Positions 51,370 through 64,000 of a stretch of 64,000 nt of DNA are shown one piece after another. How positions within the stretch are numbered: the stretch's first letter is position 1; each line of letters begins with the position of its first letter. The stretch comes from Mytilus trossulus (lineage: Eukaryota), in NCBI RefSeq assembly GCF_036588685.1, contig NC_086382.1, positions 496,001 to 560,000 on the forward strand, read 5' to 3'. A program made the position numbers and the translations under genes. The notes under the pieces are model-generated. The model was not told where the DNA came from. It saw nothing but the letters and a program-made list of their open reading frames with translations, and made no database searches.

Positions 51370-51770
51370 GTAGGTTACATTCATGAAAGGGAATGTGATT
51401 GTAGTTACGACGTAAGGAACATATCCGATATCATTTGTGAAACGGTTATTCCAGTACGGTCAACCAACTCGTGATGACGTCCGTAAAATTTACGGAGGGA
51501 TGATTTTAACTTCACCATTTGGAACTCTTGGTTTTATAGCTTCCTTGTGAGCAGCAACCCTCTTTCAAGAAAATCATGATAGAAAATGCAAGCACAGGAA
51601 AATCGTATCAATTGGGAGATATATACCACGCATGCAGGTGCTGCTGGAATGTTGCTACTTAGAAATGGAAAGTTCACAATTGGAAAGCTGAAATCATCTC
51701 TTTTGTCGTAAAGTTTTGTTTTCAACCGACCGTTATTGTCAATTTCTAGATGTAAGTCAAGATATGAAGA
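51370..51770 (-). mobile_element. Second Penelope-like RT C-terminal fragment (a third, older one at ~53780-54040)
   Basis: KTKLYDKRDDFSFPIVNFPFLSSNIPAAPACVVYISQLIR. 53780-54040 resembles 50355-50620. Confidence 0.75.
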
Positions 51771-52318
51771 CGATATAAAGTATCTTATAAACTCTATGAT
51801 TTATCATATGAAGTATCTACAATATCATATACAAAAAGTTTTTAAGCGATATATAATACAAAATATAAAAAAAATCTTCATAAGATATCTTTTATAAAAA
51901 TATTTATAAGTATGATATAAATAAAAGTATTTTTTAGATATCTTCGATAAAAAATTATTGGTACGAGTTTATAAATCTAATTTTTATAGATATCTTAAAA
52001 CAATATTCAGAAGATGTTCTATTTAAAAAATATTTATATGTATCTTAGATATAAAATATTTATAAGTATCTTATATATAAAATATTTATAAGTATATCTT
52101 ATATATAAAATATTTAAAAGGATATCTAATAAAAAATGTTTTAATAAGATATCTTATAGAAATAAATATTAGCAGGATATCTAATATTTATTACAAGACT
52201 ATTTAAAATATGTTTTAGATATCGTATATAAAAACTATTTATAAGATATCTTGATAAATATCTTCTATAAAACAATATTAATTATATATCTTATTTGAAA
52301 AATATTAAGCATTTTTAA

Positions 52319-52842
52319 AGTCATAAGAAACCTGAAATTAAAAAAAATAATGCATATGTTATTTTATAACTAAATGGACAGTTTTCATCATAAAACTTAT
52401 GTACATATACTTTTTTCTGCAGAACATTCTTAAATTTTTTCATATTAAGAAGAGATTTACTTTATTTTTTAATTGCTTCCTACCAGGAAGCAATTTTCAG
52501 ACATATTTTCATCTCGTAAAATTCCGTTAATCGCAATACGCATGGATGTCCGTAAAATAAACTATTATCTGATTGTACATGTTCAACACGTGCTCAATAT
52601 CCATGCTTTTTTGTTGATTGTTGAAAAACAGGTGACAATCGTTAAACTTCGGCCTCAAAACCAGAACTTTAATTACCTGTTATATTTTCACAACACTGAC
52701 CGATTGAAAAAAAATGATGATTAGACGAAAATTACGCGAAAAAAATTATAAAATCGTGAAGTCTGAGTTAGTGATTTATTTATACATTGGTTCAATAATT
52801 GGAATAACATTATTTTTCAGCGGTCACTCTTTTTATATGACT
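52319..52842. mobile_element. Kolobok-like MITE with TTAA TSD
   Basis: ttaa-agtcataagaaa ... ttttatatgact-ttaa. Confidence 0.65.
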
Positions 52843-55800
52843 TTAAACACAAGAGTATCCCCCCCCCAAAAAAAAAAATAACACACACGGAAACCGTCTG
52901 TGTTCGAATCGCACATATGTAAAAACCCAGAGGCGGGATACATAAATACGTCAAAGTCACGTCAAAGAGACGGGATACATAAATACGTCAAAGTCAATTT
53001 AAAAGTCATACGACCAAAAGAAACACTGAAGACAAATAACAGGAAAACTAAAGAAAGTTAAAAAGATGCACAATTTCAGCACCTATAATTTATATATAGT
53101 TAAAACTGGAGACCATATTGTATTATTTGGGAAGTAGACACTGAATATTTATGTCTATTTAGTCTTGGAACTTTTCGATAGACCTGTTTTGAAGAAGGAC
53201 GAGACATTTCTTTGTAAAAACACAGACTCGAAGATTTTTTTCTAAGACACCGGTAATCAGGTGCATATGGTATGTTACTAGCACGGTGCACATTCGAATC
53301 CAGACATTTTCATAAGTGAGGGCTCACTGACTGTCTAAGAAGGGGCATGCTCCAGTCATGCTTCAGTGATTACCTATATACGCAAAACAATTTTTTCCCC
53401 AAAAGGGAGGGGGCCGCCCCCTGCCCCCTAAATCCGCCTCCGAGGTGAGGAAAAAAAAAATCGAAATTGAAACCATCTCCTTTGTCAAAAATTTTTGCAC
53501 CGAGACGATCGCTGGTAAAGGTCTAGAAATAATCCAGAGGAAGCTGTATTTGTAATTTCCTTGATTTTATGTTCATCAGCAGAATAAGTACGGGAAAAGT
53601 GTGAATTTTTAAAAGAAAAACATAATAATTATACCTGAGTGTATATAATTCAATATTTAGCTTCTTTTATCCCTTTGTATTTTTTCTTGTGCAAGAAAAA
53701 ACTCTTAGTAATACATGTATGTACAGGTCGACCCGAAGAGATGGCCATTTGATTCCAATAGGAAAGCAAAAATGCTGATGAAAAATCTACCTCCAAATTC
53801 AGCAATTATATGTTGTCAATGATAAACTCTCATATACTGATCTCTTGTTCTTCGGTGTAGCATGTTTTATTATAAGACTTACTAAACAAAATATGAAAAA
53901 TTATATCCAGACACAAGAAATTTGTAGCGTATAGTAATAATTTTATGAAGGAAAGCATTGTAGATTATTTCTTTGAGACGGGTTTTTAATTTTTCATATG
54001 GTATGGTAGTGTACAGGGTGGAAAATGCAGAGGTTTTCATAGAATCAAAATCCTTAAAACAATATGAAAAAACGCAAATCGTTAAATCCTCATTTAGCTA
54101 CATTCCAGCAAAACAGTTCTACTGCAAACCAGGGGTATAACTTGCTTCGTATTATAGTTTTGCAGATAAATTTACTGAGTTTCTGAAAAAGACTACGGAC
54201 GATTAGATATTTCTAAAACTACTTTATGCAAAACTAATTCCCAAAGTGGAAGGTGTTTTTTTAAAGATTTTTTCCCCAAAGAACAATGAACACCATTTTG
54301 AATAAAAATAAGTTACTTTATATTTTGTTTTTATTGCAAATGTACATTTTCATTGCCTACGTAACATGTGTAAGGATATAAGCAATTGAAACTCAAATTC
54401 AAATATCCTACACTTTAATTAAAAAAATATTTTTTCCTTATTAGTTTAACATTAATCAAATGAAAAATGTTTATGGAAAAAAGATGTACAAATTGGTTTA
54501 CCGTCTGAAATGAAAATCTCCATCTTTTTGGCAATAAAATAAAAATAACTTCATTAATCATTTCTTCTTGATGTTATACGTAATTTTTTGGGATAAAAAA
54601 ACAATGAACATTACTAACATGTGTTTGAAAAAAAACCCAGTATCTATAGTATATGTTTGAATACAAATAGAAATCCTTTAAGTTTAAATTTATTTAGACA
54701 AGATTATTTCATCAACTGGCATAACATTACTTAATTTTGTAACGTCAGTAATGTTTATGTGGAATGATAATGAAAACGACGTTCTACATTTTAACCTTGT
54801 ATTTACGGTTTCTTTTACATTATTTTTATAGGATATATGTGATGTTAAAGTCTTCCTGTGTGACGTTTACATTTTTTGTCGTTAAACACGCAAAGCAAAG
54901 AATATTGTTTTAAAATTTGATAGATGCTTTTTGTGCGTTTTTGTTACATATTTGTTTGTTTTGAGATTTTGGCACAGTGATGACTGCTGTACCTTATTTT
55001 GAGTATTTTACCTTCAAGTTGTATGTCTGTTTTTGTTCACGCATCGTTGATCATATAATGGAATTTGATGCAACTGTCATACAAGTAAGAGGTTCAGCGC
55101 TATATAACCAGGTTAAATCCACCATTTTCTACATTTGAAAATGCCCATACCAAGTCATAAATATGACAGTTGTTTTCCATTTGTTTGATGCATTTCATCA
55201 TTTGATTTTTCCAATTGATTAGGGATTTTCCGTTTTGAATTTTCCTCGGCGTTCAGTATGTTAGTGCTTTTACTTTTGACGTCAACAACGCATGCCAGAT
55301 AACGGATGCCTAGTGATAATAACAGCTTACACTTGTCCTTGTCCTTTTGAAGTTAATCATCTTATCTATTTAATTTACTTGGTGTAAACAAGTTATAAGC
55401 TGTAAATAAAAGCATTACCTTGTCAAATTCCAAAATATAAATATCGACGGAATGTCAGACCATGATTGTTCATAGCTGTACATTATAATTAACATTGAAA
55501 ATAATCACAATGACCTAGCGCCGTCAAGGACCAAATTGAATGATCTTATTACAGTGTCAAATGTATAACCCTTACGAATTAAGTTTACGGAATCATGTTT
55601 ATGAACGATATCAGATATAACACTTGAATATGAAATACAATGTACTTCTTTTTCTGCAGGTACGACAGAACTTTAAACCCCAATCTGTACAAATGTATAT
55701 ATGAAACAAGAACTATCTTTAAAAAAGAAATCCGACGTATTTAAATTTGAGTATCTGTTTAAAACTATCATTTCGATAACCTTCACAAGCACAATGACTT

Positions 55801-58800
55801 ACTGATGCAGGACCTCTTTGATAAAATCTCCATCTGAATGTAACTGCAAGAAAGTCTTTACTAAGTCTGTTTATATTAAGGCAATATTATATAAGAATAT
55901 TGTGATGGCACCTAAAAAAAATGTTTGTCTAAAGAAATGCAGTGCAAATAACAAGAAACAAATATACATTTACTACTGTTTACATTAAACTTAATTCGTG
56001 GTTAACAAAGCTAGAAACTATTGGTAGTATAAGTCGTATCTTTCTGTTTACATTCACATAAACCCCGCGAAAATCTCACATGCTTAGGTGCGTTCTAAAA
56101 GTCATGTACGTTCGTACAACAAATTAACATTAAAAATTATATAATTGTCCCGAGTAAACAGCTGTCATGGATGCAAAGAGCTATTGGAGAAACAATTATT
56201 TTAATAAAAATATAAATCTTTGTAACATCTAGATCAAATATTTATAGTTTTTCACTTGCTTTCAATCACGATATAATTTTCGAGACGTTTTTGCAAACAC
56301 AACTAAATCACCCACCATGACAGCATTTTGTCAAATCACAGGAAAGATTTTCGAGCATGCGTATTCTGTTGCCATTGTTAAGCGTCCTTTAGTTCAAAGG
56401 GCACAAACCGAAACTATACCGACTACGTCGGAAAAATGAAGTATTGGTTACAAATGATGTGTTATTACGAAATCCCTGACTTAAATTATTCAAACATATC
56501 TAATACGTCACGATAGAGCTAAACATTTTTCGTTCATTTTTTATATAAACAAGGCCGTTAGTTTTCTTGTTTGGGTTGTTTAACATTGTCTTATTGGGGC
56601 CTTTTATAGCTGACTATGCGGTATGGGCTTTGCTCATTGTTGAAGGCCGTACGGTGACCTATAGTTGTTAATGTCTGTGTCATTTTGGTCTCTTGTGGAC
56701 AGTTGCCTCATTGGCAATCATACCGCACCTTCTTTTTATACTAAACACAAAGATTGATTTGTGAAATATGTACACCGACGTTTTTGCCATAAGTGCATCA
56801 ACGTTCAAAAAAAAAGAAGAAAATTCACAATAAGGAATGAAAACTCGTCTTTTAAAGTTTTGATATTTTGAAAAGAGTTGCCAATTTGAAACTGAATTTT
56901 CGAAATTGTATATTCTTTTGTGTTCACTCTTTTAATCATATGATTGAGTTTAAAGAATATGAAAAAACGCGTTGCAACAAAGAAATGTTATACCGGCGTC
57001 ACACATCAGCGTATAGCTCCGACGTACGCCGGACGAATTAAAAAATCATGTACGCTGCAAATACGCTAGTAATTTTGGATGCATTCAAACCGGTCAATCA
57101 TATCTGTAACGTGTGCACAACGAGCTTAAAGCGTACGTTGGGCGCACAAGCAGAGTACCTAAGCGTTTATCGGGCGTTCACAAAATGTATGTTGGCGTAT
57201 ATCTGGCGTTTGTTTAACGTAGAAGGAATGCACGCTACGATGGAAAAAAGCTTCTCGGACGTATTTGAGACGCGTCCTAGTCGTGTCTTGAACTTTCTAT
57301 TTTGGGGTGTGCACCCGCAAACGTTTTAGTTAAAGTCGAACGATCTTGAACCGTATACTACGTACCCTAAACGTGTCTCAAACTTATCTGTAGCTCGTTA
57401 AACGCCCATGTAGCATATGTATTACATGCGTGTAGCGTACAGCTATACGCTAGACACACGCTTGAGCTCAATGAAAATTTTTATGCAGCATTAAAATTCC
57501 CTCGAGTTGTAGCGTTCACCAAGCGTATACCTTTGTATTTTGACGTACTTTAAACTTATGAAACGCGCGTTTAACGTTTTTTAGCGTTCCTCTGGCGTGC
57601 AACTAACATATACCGACTTCGTCAATTTTTCTCTGTACATTTGGTGCACGCCAGTCTAAACGCCATCGTATTGATTTTTTTAGTTGATTTAAGAATTAAG
57701 TCTTACACAACCAAAAACTATTCAATCAAACAGCTCCCCAATAGCTTAAATAGCCTATCAAAAGTTATATCAAAATTGGGTTAAGCAATATTTTTTGTTC
57801 CAAGTATCATCTTGCCTTATTAGATTATAAAAAGGTGCACCCCATTAAGAAGATGTATAAATCGTGTTAGTAGAACATTTAAATGTGATAAGCTTTCGTA
57901 ATATATTTGTATCAAAATACTCCAGCTTTGTGGATTAATTCTTCCTAAAATTATCAAATAATTCAACATATTTTAATATTTTTAATAAACACTCTCACTT
58001 AAGATCTCCTTTTGTTACCACATATATATGCATCACATATAAATTGTCATTAAAACATATTTCAGTGCATGGTTTAAATAGATTACATGGTACTTATTTA
58101 ATACGAGGAACAACCATTCTGAAAAAAATATTTGCCTAGAAGTATAGAAAATATTTGTATAGTTTGATTTGGTTTAAACCTTATTGTCATATAAATCAAG
58201 TTATTTGATTTGTGACGAAAACAAAGAAAACATAGTATACGATAAATGACAAGGACAAAGCATGTGTGATGAAAAATGGTTTGCGTAGTCGTGCACATAA
58301 ATTAAGAATGAAAATCGGGAATGTACCAAAGAGACAACAACCCGACCATAGATCAAACAACAGCAGAAGGTCACCGATAGGTCTCCAATGCAACGAGAAA
58401 TTCCCGCAACCGGAGGCGTCCTACCGCTGGCCCCTAAACAAATATATACTATTTCAGTGATAATGAACGCCATACTAAACTACATTTTTCTTTAACGAAA
58501 ATAAGGTACTGGTAAACATGTGCATTGATGTATTCAAATTCAGTCTAAGGGAAAATTTAAATTATTTGTGCTGTATTAACTTATGCAGTTGTTAAAATGG
58601 TCACCATAATGGTTATTTCATATGCATGTATTTATCTTAGAACAAAATTTACAATGGGAATTTAAATTATTTGAAAATGTAGAAAGTTAAAAATTTAAGA
58701 TTAATAAAATAGGTCGATTTTGATATAGTTGAAATAAAAGTCTAGTACAGGCCGAGAAAGGAATACGACTATTTTAGCCCTGTCATTTGAGTATTGAAAA

Positions 58801-59027
58801 GGGAAGATCTTGTTAAATTGAAGTCTAGTAATTTCCCAAAATAATAACATACATTGATAAACACCTCCCCGTTTTTTTGTCCTTTATTTGTTTTGTAAAA
58901 CATCATTTCATAATAAATCGGGATTGTCATTTTCTCTGCATACTTCATATTGAGACAGTCATATCCTCAATAGTATACTCACATCACTTAAAATTTTAAC
59001 ACATTTACTTAATATATTTACTTACAG

Positions 59028-59690
59028 TGAAAAAAGAAAAGAGTTACAACATTTTTGATGTGCATGATGTAGATATAAGAAATGGAAAGACAGATATTAT
59101 CTTGCAGCTGATTTGCGCATGCCTAAATTCAAAACAAAGAAGCCTTCACGAATTTGAACTTCAATTCAATATTGTTAAATATTCTGAACGGATAACATCG
59201 AAAGAGTTTGATGACTTTTATAAAAAGATTGAGACCAAACTACTGGAAACCTTCCGTAAAAACTTTTGTGATTTTATAGAAAGGAAAGGTGATTGTGACT
59301 CAAACCGGTTGATAATCATTGTGAAGAAGTCCCCAGAGCTATATAGCCTTAAAAACTATTTATATATACCAACTGCATCAAGTGTATATGAATCACAATA
59401 TGAAAAGACAGTTTGTATCCTTAAACAGACAGGAGATTCAGAGAAATTACCAAAACCAGTTGAAAAAGGTAGTTATAAAATATGTGAAATCGTCACTAAT
59501 TTGCGGCAAGAAAATGTTGATGTACAGTTCAAGACCTTAAATACAGAAAAGAATATTGCAAAAAATATGGCAGATCATTTCAAATACATTTCAGCGTTTG
59601 CTAATAAAGATGGTGGTTGTCTTTATTTTGGTATAGAGGACAAAGATGGCAGGGTAGTAGGTGTTAATTCAGAACAGAGAGATACAATAG
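59028..59690 (+). CDS. Internal exon of a Schlafen-like (AlbA_2 domain) gene
   Basis: Acceptor ttacttacag, donor AG|gtgggt, phase 1-1, 221 codons open. Motifs ICACLNS, ENVDVQFK and YISAFANKDGGCLYFGIED...VVG are typical of the Schlafen core. Confidence 0.85.
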
Positions 59691-61299
59691 GTGGGTATAT
59701 GTTTATGAATCATATATCAATAGACAGAAGTTGACTGAATTTTTACCTGAACATTTAGCAATGAAGTTTTTTATTGCAAAAGATACGCCAAGATAATGAA
59801 CAAATACAAACTGGCATTAAGGTTCATTGTTCAACAATCAAGATAATGATCGAATGCATGCATAAATATCTCAATTTGCAGGAACCCATTTAGATGGTTG
59901 GTTTAAACACCATGGAGGTCCTGTTCTACATGTGGTATCAGTCGTGTTGACCATGAAAATATAAATTCCTTCAATATAAAAAGGCACTTGTCGAAGACAA
60001 ACTGATAATGCTCTGGAATAAAACAGAAAGCGACAGGTTCACAAACAACTACACATGAAACTAAACAATAAGCAACATGGACCCATCAAACCAAAGTGGT
60101 ATCAAAGGAGATAAACGGATCCTTATGTGACCACAATCATTTTGCTCATATAATTACAAATGCGCTGAAAAGTATCATTCGAAAAAAAGGACGGCTTGTG
60201 GTAACGACAATATATGTGGTTAACTGTAGAATAAAAATCTAGCTACCCCCTTTCAAAGTAATCTTGATAGAAATCGCTTCTCTTGAAGACTGTATTTTTG
60301 TCAGTATTTTTGTCAGAAGAGAGTACGGGTATGTGGGTTATAAAAACAGAATTATATTCACTTATAACCCCGTCCCTCGTTACCCGAATGTGACCTACTG
60401 AATTAGACTTATTACTGGGTGTTTACTAACATGAGCACCACTACCGGTGCCACATGTAGAGCAAGATCTGCTTACCCTGCCGGAGCACCAGAGATCAACC
60501 CATTGTTTTGTAGGGTTCCAGTTATCCAGTCTTTAATTTTCTATTTTGTGTTTTGTTTATAGTTAATTGTCTGTTTGTCTGTTTGTCTTTTTCGTTTTTG
60601 GCCATGGTGTTGTCAGTTTATTTTTGACTTGCCTCTCTCTGAGTGTAAGCTGTGACACAGACATTTCTTAACTGATATTAACGTTTATTAAACATTCGGA
60701 CGGTTTACTATAAATGATTAAATCAAAATATTATATACCGTTTATTGTCAAATGTGAACATATTACTCAATAAATTCTGTAATAATTATTTGATGCACAT
60801 TTCCCGTTTTGCCCGTTTTATCAATTGATTTATATGAAGACAATTATAATGAAACTTTTTGTATTTATTATATAAATTATATTCTCTAAACTAAGTTTCA
60901 TTACACGTAATACTGTACAAGCATAGGATTATCGTAATTAGTAATCGTTTACGGATTAACCAATTACATTTTGTAATCAGTAATCAAGTATTTTCACATT
61001 AAAACTAATCGTAAAAGTGGGGCGAAAGATACCAGAAGGACAGTAATGTAATCAATTAATAAGCAAATAAAAAAACAGGCTCCATCCTGATATCGTTTAT
61101 AATACTTTAAATTTTTAACTTGCCGACTACCAATTTATTTGATGGATTTGCTTTTGATTTACAAGCAGGCATAAAAAAATTAATCAAACAAACGTTTACT
61201 GCAATTGATCATGTTTCAATATGATTGATATTAACTATTTTATAATATTAGTATATACACAGACAGTTTTTTTTAATGAATTAACCTTTCCTAATATTT

Positions 61300-63000
61300 C
61301 ATTTTTAGATTTATTCTCTGTACTACAATATATCTGCTATGCAAATAATTTGTGCTCCTACTTTTATCAGCAAAGACATATAATTCCAATTTCAAACACA
61401 TGTCCTTGCTCGCTGAAAAAAACACATATTAAATTTTCTTCATTCTCTGCCATTAAAATAACATCATCAGCATATAACAAAATAGCTATTTTTTCTTCAT
61501 CTATGTTAATACCAATATTCAACGAATAAATATCAATCAAATTATATATCAAACATTATAGATGATAAACACAACCTTGTTTCAATCATGAATCAATATT
61601 AAACCATTCAGTCATGTTACCATTTTACACGTACGCTACATTCTGCATTAGAGTATAAAGTTTAAAAAAAATACATAAACTTTGAACTTATACCTACATT
61701 TTTGAGTTTGTTAAACAAAAAAACTCTATTAATTGAGTCCTACGCTTTCTTTAAGTCTATAAAAGCTACATATGATGATAATTCATACTTTTTCCCGGTT
61801 TCTATTATTGATGTTATAGTGCTTATATGATCAATTATACTTTTGCCTTTCATAAAACCGATTTGCTCGTCGTGTATTATCTCCCTTTCATCTAACCATT
61901 TAACTAATGTTTCATTTATAATACTACAATACAGCTTGTATGTGAATGGAGCTAGAGTTATGCCCCTATAAGATAAAGGGTATCTTGGATCTGACGTAGA
62001 ATTTTGGTATTGATGTTATAATTCCCTTATTCCACATATTTGGTACATTACCAGAACTAAAACATAAGTTAAATAATTTATGTAAAATAGAAATAATAGA
62101 AATATTTTTACAAAACTCAGCTTGAATTAGGTCAATTCCTGCACTTTTACATTTTTTTTTGCATTCATTACAACTTTATGAACCTCATCCATAGTTATTA
62201 CCTTATCTAAATCAGTACAAATAATATTTTCTTTAAGAATACATTTTACAACCTAATTATAGACTGCATTTACATTTGGGTTCAATAGACTGTGAAAACT
62301 GCTTTTCCGTTTACTTAAACTAGTTTCTAAATTGTTAGATATAGTTCCATCATCTAAAGTAACTTCATTCGGAATACGCATCTGTCTCTCGTTACCGATA
62401 CCAATTTGACTAATTCTACGCCAAAAACTGATTTGCATCCTTGTCACTAAAACTAACCAGCTGTTTCTGGCAGTGGAACCAATACTGACGTTTATATTTT
62501 TATGTAAGCTTGTCAAAGTCTTAACGTAATTGTTGTTGTAAGCTACCCTGTTTACAAGTTACATAGTCTCTTTCTGCCGTGCAAACAATGTTCCATTCAT
62601 TTGTTAGATTGTCATTGCACCATGGTTTCTTTATTCGTCTTTTTCGATTGTTTGTACTGCTCAGAACTTTGACCTTAGTTTCTAGTTTATCATTCATTTC
62701 AGAGTGAAGAATTTCAACAAATTTATTATATAATTTATCAACTTCAAATTGTCTCCCTTTATAACATTGTATATTATTTATTCACATATCAATTTTATCC
62801 AATACATCATTATTTGTCATCCAATCACTTGGGATGTTATTTTACATCATATGAAACATATGTTTTATTTCGTTTGTTCAAGCTATTGTGAGCACTATGT
62901 GACAAATCAATAGAACAAATTTCGTTTATGTTATCAAAATTGGTTTCAAATTCCCAACATAATACAGAATGATCAGGTATTTGATTTGCTCTAAATGAAC
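61300..63000 (-). mobile_element. Degenerate LINE ORF2 (end of APE domain plus RT)
   Basis: PDHSVL at ~62970, YRGITL, HDEQIGF, FIDLRK, KQGCLSS and ILLYADDVILMAENEENL, with many stops and frameshifts. Confidence 0.8.
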
Positions 63001-64000
63001 TTGGTTGAGCACTTTTATTACATAAAAAACTTGCTCTGATAAATTAAAACTTCAAACTTTGCAGCTATTATGTTCAACTTGTATCTTATCACAATTCACC
63101 TCTCCTCCTTTTTTTTTTACCCACAACACACTTCCCCAATTTGGTTCTACAGGGACCGAAAATCTATAGAAATGAAAAAACGCCACCTGTGCTGTTAATC
63201 CAACTATAAAATTGCAAAACTTTTTATGCGCAAAAACTTCCGAAATAAAAGTCAATCCCTGCCAAAATATGTTCCAATTCATGTATTTTCTGAAATTAAT
63301 TGATACATCTTTTGTAAAAAAAACTATAACAACCGCATTAATTTGGTGTGCATGTAATGAATGTAGACCAGTGATCAGCGATTAGACAATAGCTTACCTG
63401 TAAAATGAATCTAGAAAATTTATTACCGTAGCACTATACATACATGTGCTAGCCGCTTTACGTCCTGATCTTGAGTGAGAAATTAAAATCTTTGACATAG
63501 TAATCGCACTCAAGTTCTTAATTATTAGTGAATTTCTACATTTAAATTTGTAAAAACAAATCTGTGCTCCAGTCAATATGTGTACGAGAAAAGCATTCAT
63601 GATCAGACACAAATGACCTGTAAAAAATAAAATCAATAGTTATTATGTTACTCTTATCAAAACATTTGTTGTCTGTTCAACGGTCTCCCCTAAAAAGGAA
63701 TAGTATATATTTTCCCAGACATATATATACGAGCATCACGTGACTTCACAAAAACCACCTCGCACCCACCAATTTAGAATAAAAACGTTCCTCATCCAAA
63801 TAAAGAAAATTATTCTTCCATTTTAAAACAAAATGCACACACAATAAACAGTGAAACATGAAGTCCGATTTTCCGTAGAAAAATAGAGAAAATTCTTATC
63901 AGAAAGATGTTAGTTTTTGTTAATAATGCATCCAGGACGTCAGTTTGGGTGTGCGGGATGTAAAAAGACACTGTCACGTTCGGTCAGCCTGGGGACGTTC

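Noticed and set aside
55645-55670. Recursive splice site or extra exon (cttcttttttctgcag|gtacga)
   Set aside because: It is a single motif in AT-rich DNA with no convincing ORF after it, and cannot be supported without RNA data.
59691-59734. C-terminus GYMFMNHISIDRS* of the Schlafen-like ORF
   Set aside because: Probably intron read-through after the GT donor at 59691; the domain is incomplete at this point.

Overview
AT-rich, repeat-dense animal genomic DNA. The repeat families look like those of a bivalve mollusc, probably a Mytilus-type mussel (inference). Main contents: (1) an intact, intronless frizzled-4 gene (13081-14832, minus strand) with a CCAAT-box cluster upstream. (2) About 9 kb upstream, in the same orientation, a diverged partial fzd4 duplicate. 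It would encode a secreted CRD-only protein with a tail of N-glycosylation-sequon repeats, but here it has an ATG>CTG change and a 1-nt frameshift. (3) A very young 2.4-kb non-autonomous LTR element (near-identical ~690-bp LTRs, PBS, PPT, 4-bp TSD) whose only cargo is a zinc-knuckle/coiled-coil/RGG ORF. (4) Exons of a Schlafen/AlbA_2-domain gene (plus strand). (5) A 2.9-kb 75-bp satellite with higher-order structure. (6) Hammerhead-ribozyme (retrozyme-like) repeats, Penelope-like elements, a tRNA-derived SINE, relics of a LINE, a gag and a Ginger-like element, Kolobok-type and other MITEs, and several minisatellites. Most short ORFs in the track are spurious. All alignments were done by eye, and the boundaries of degenerate repeats are approximate.
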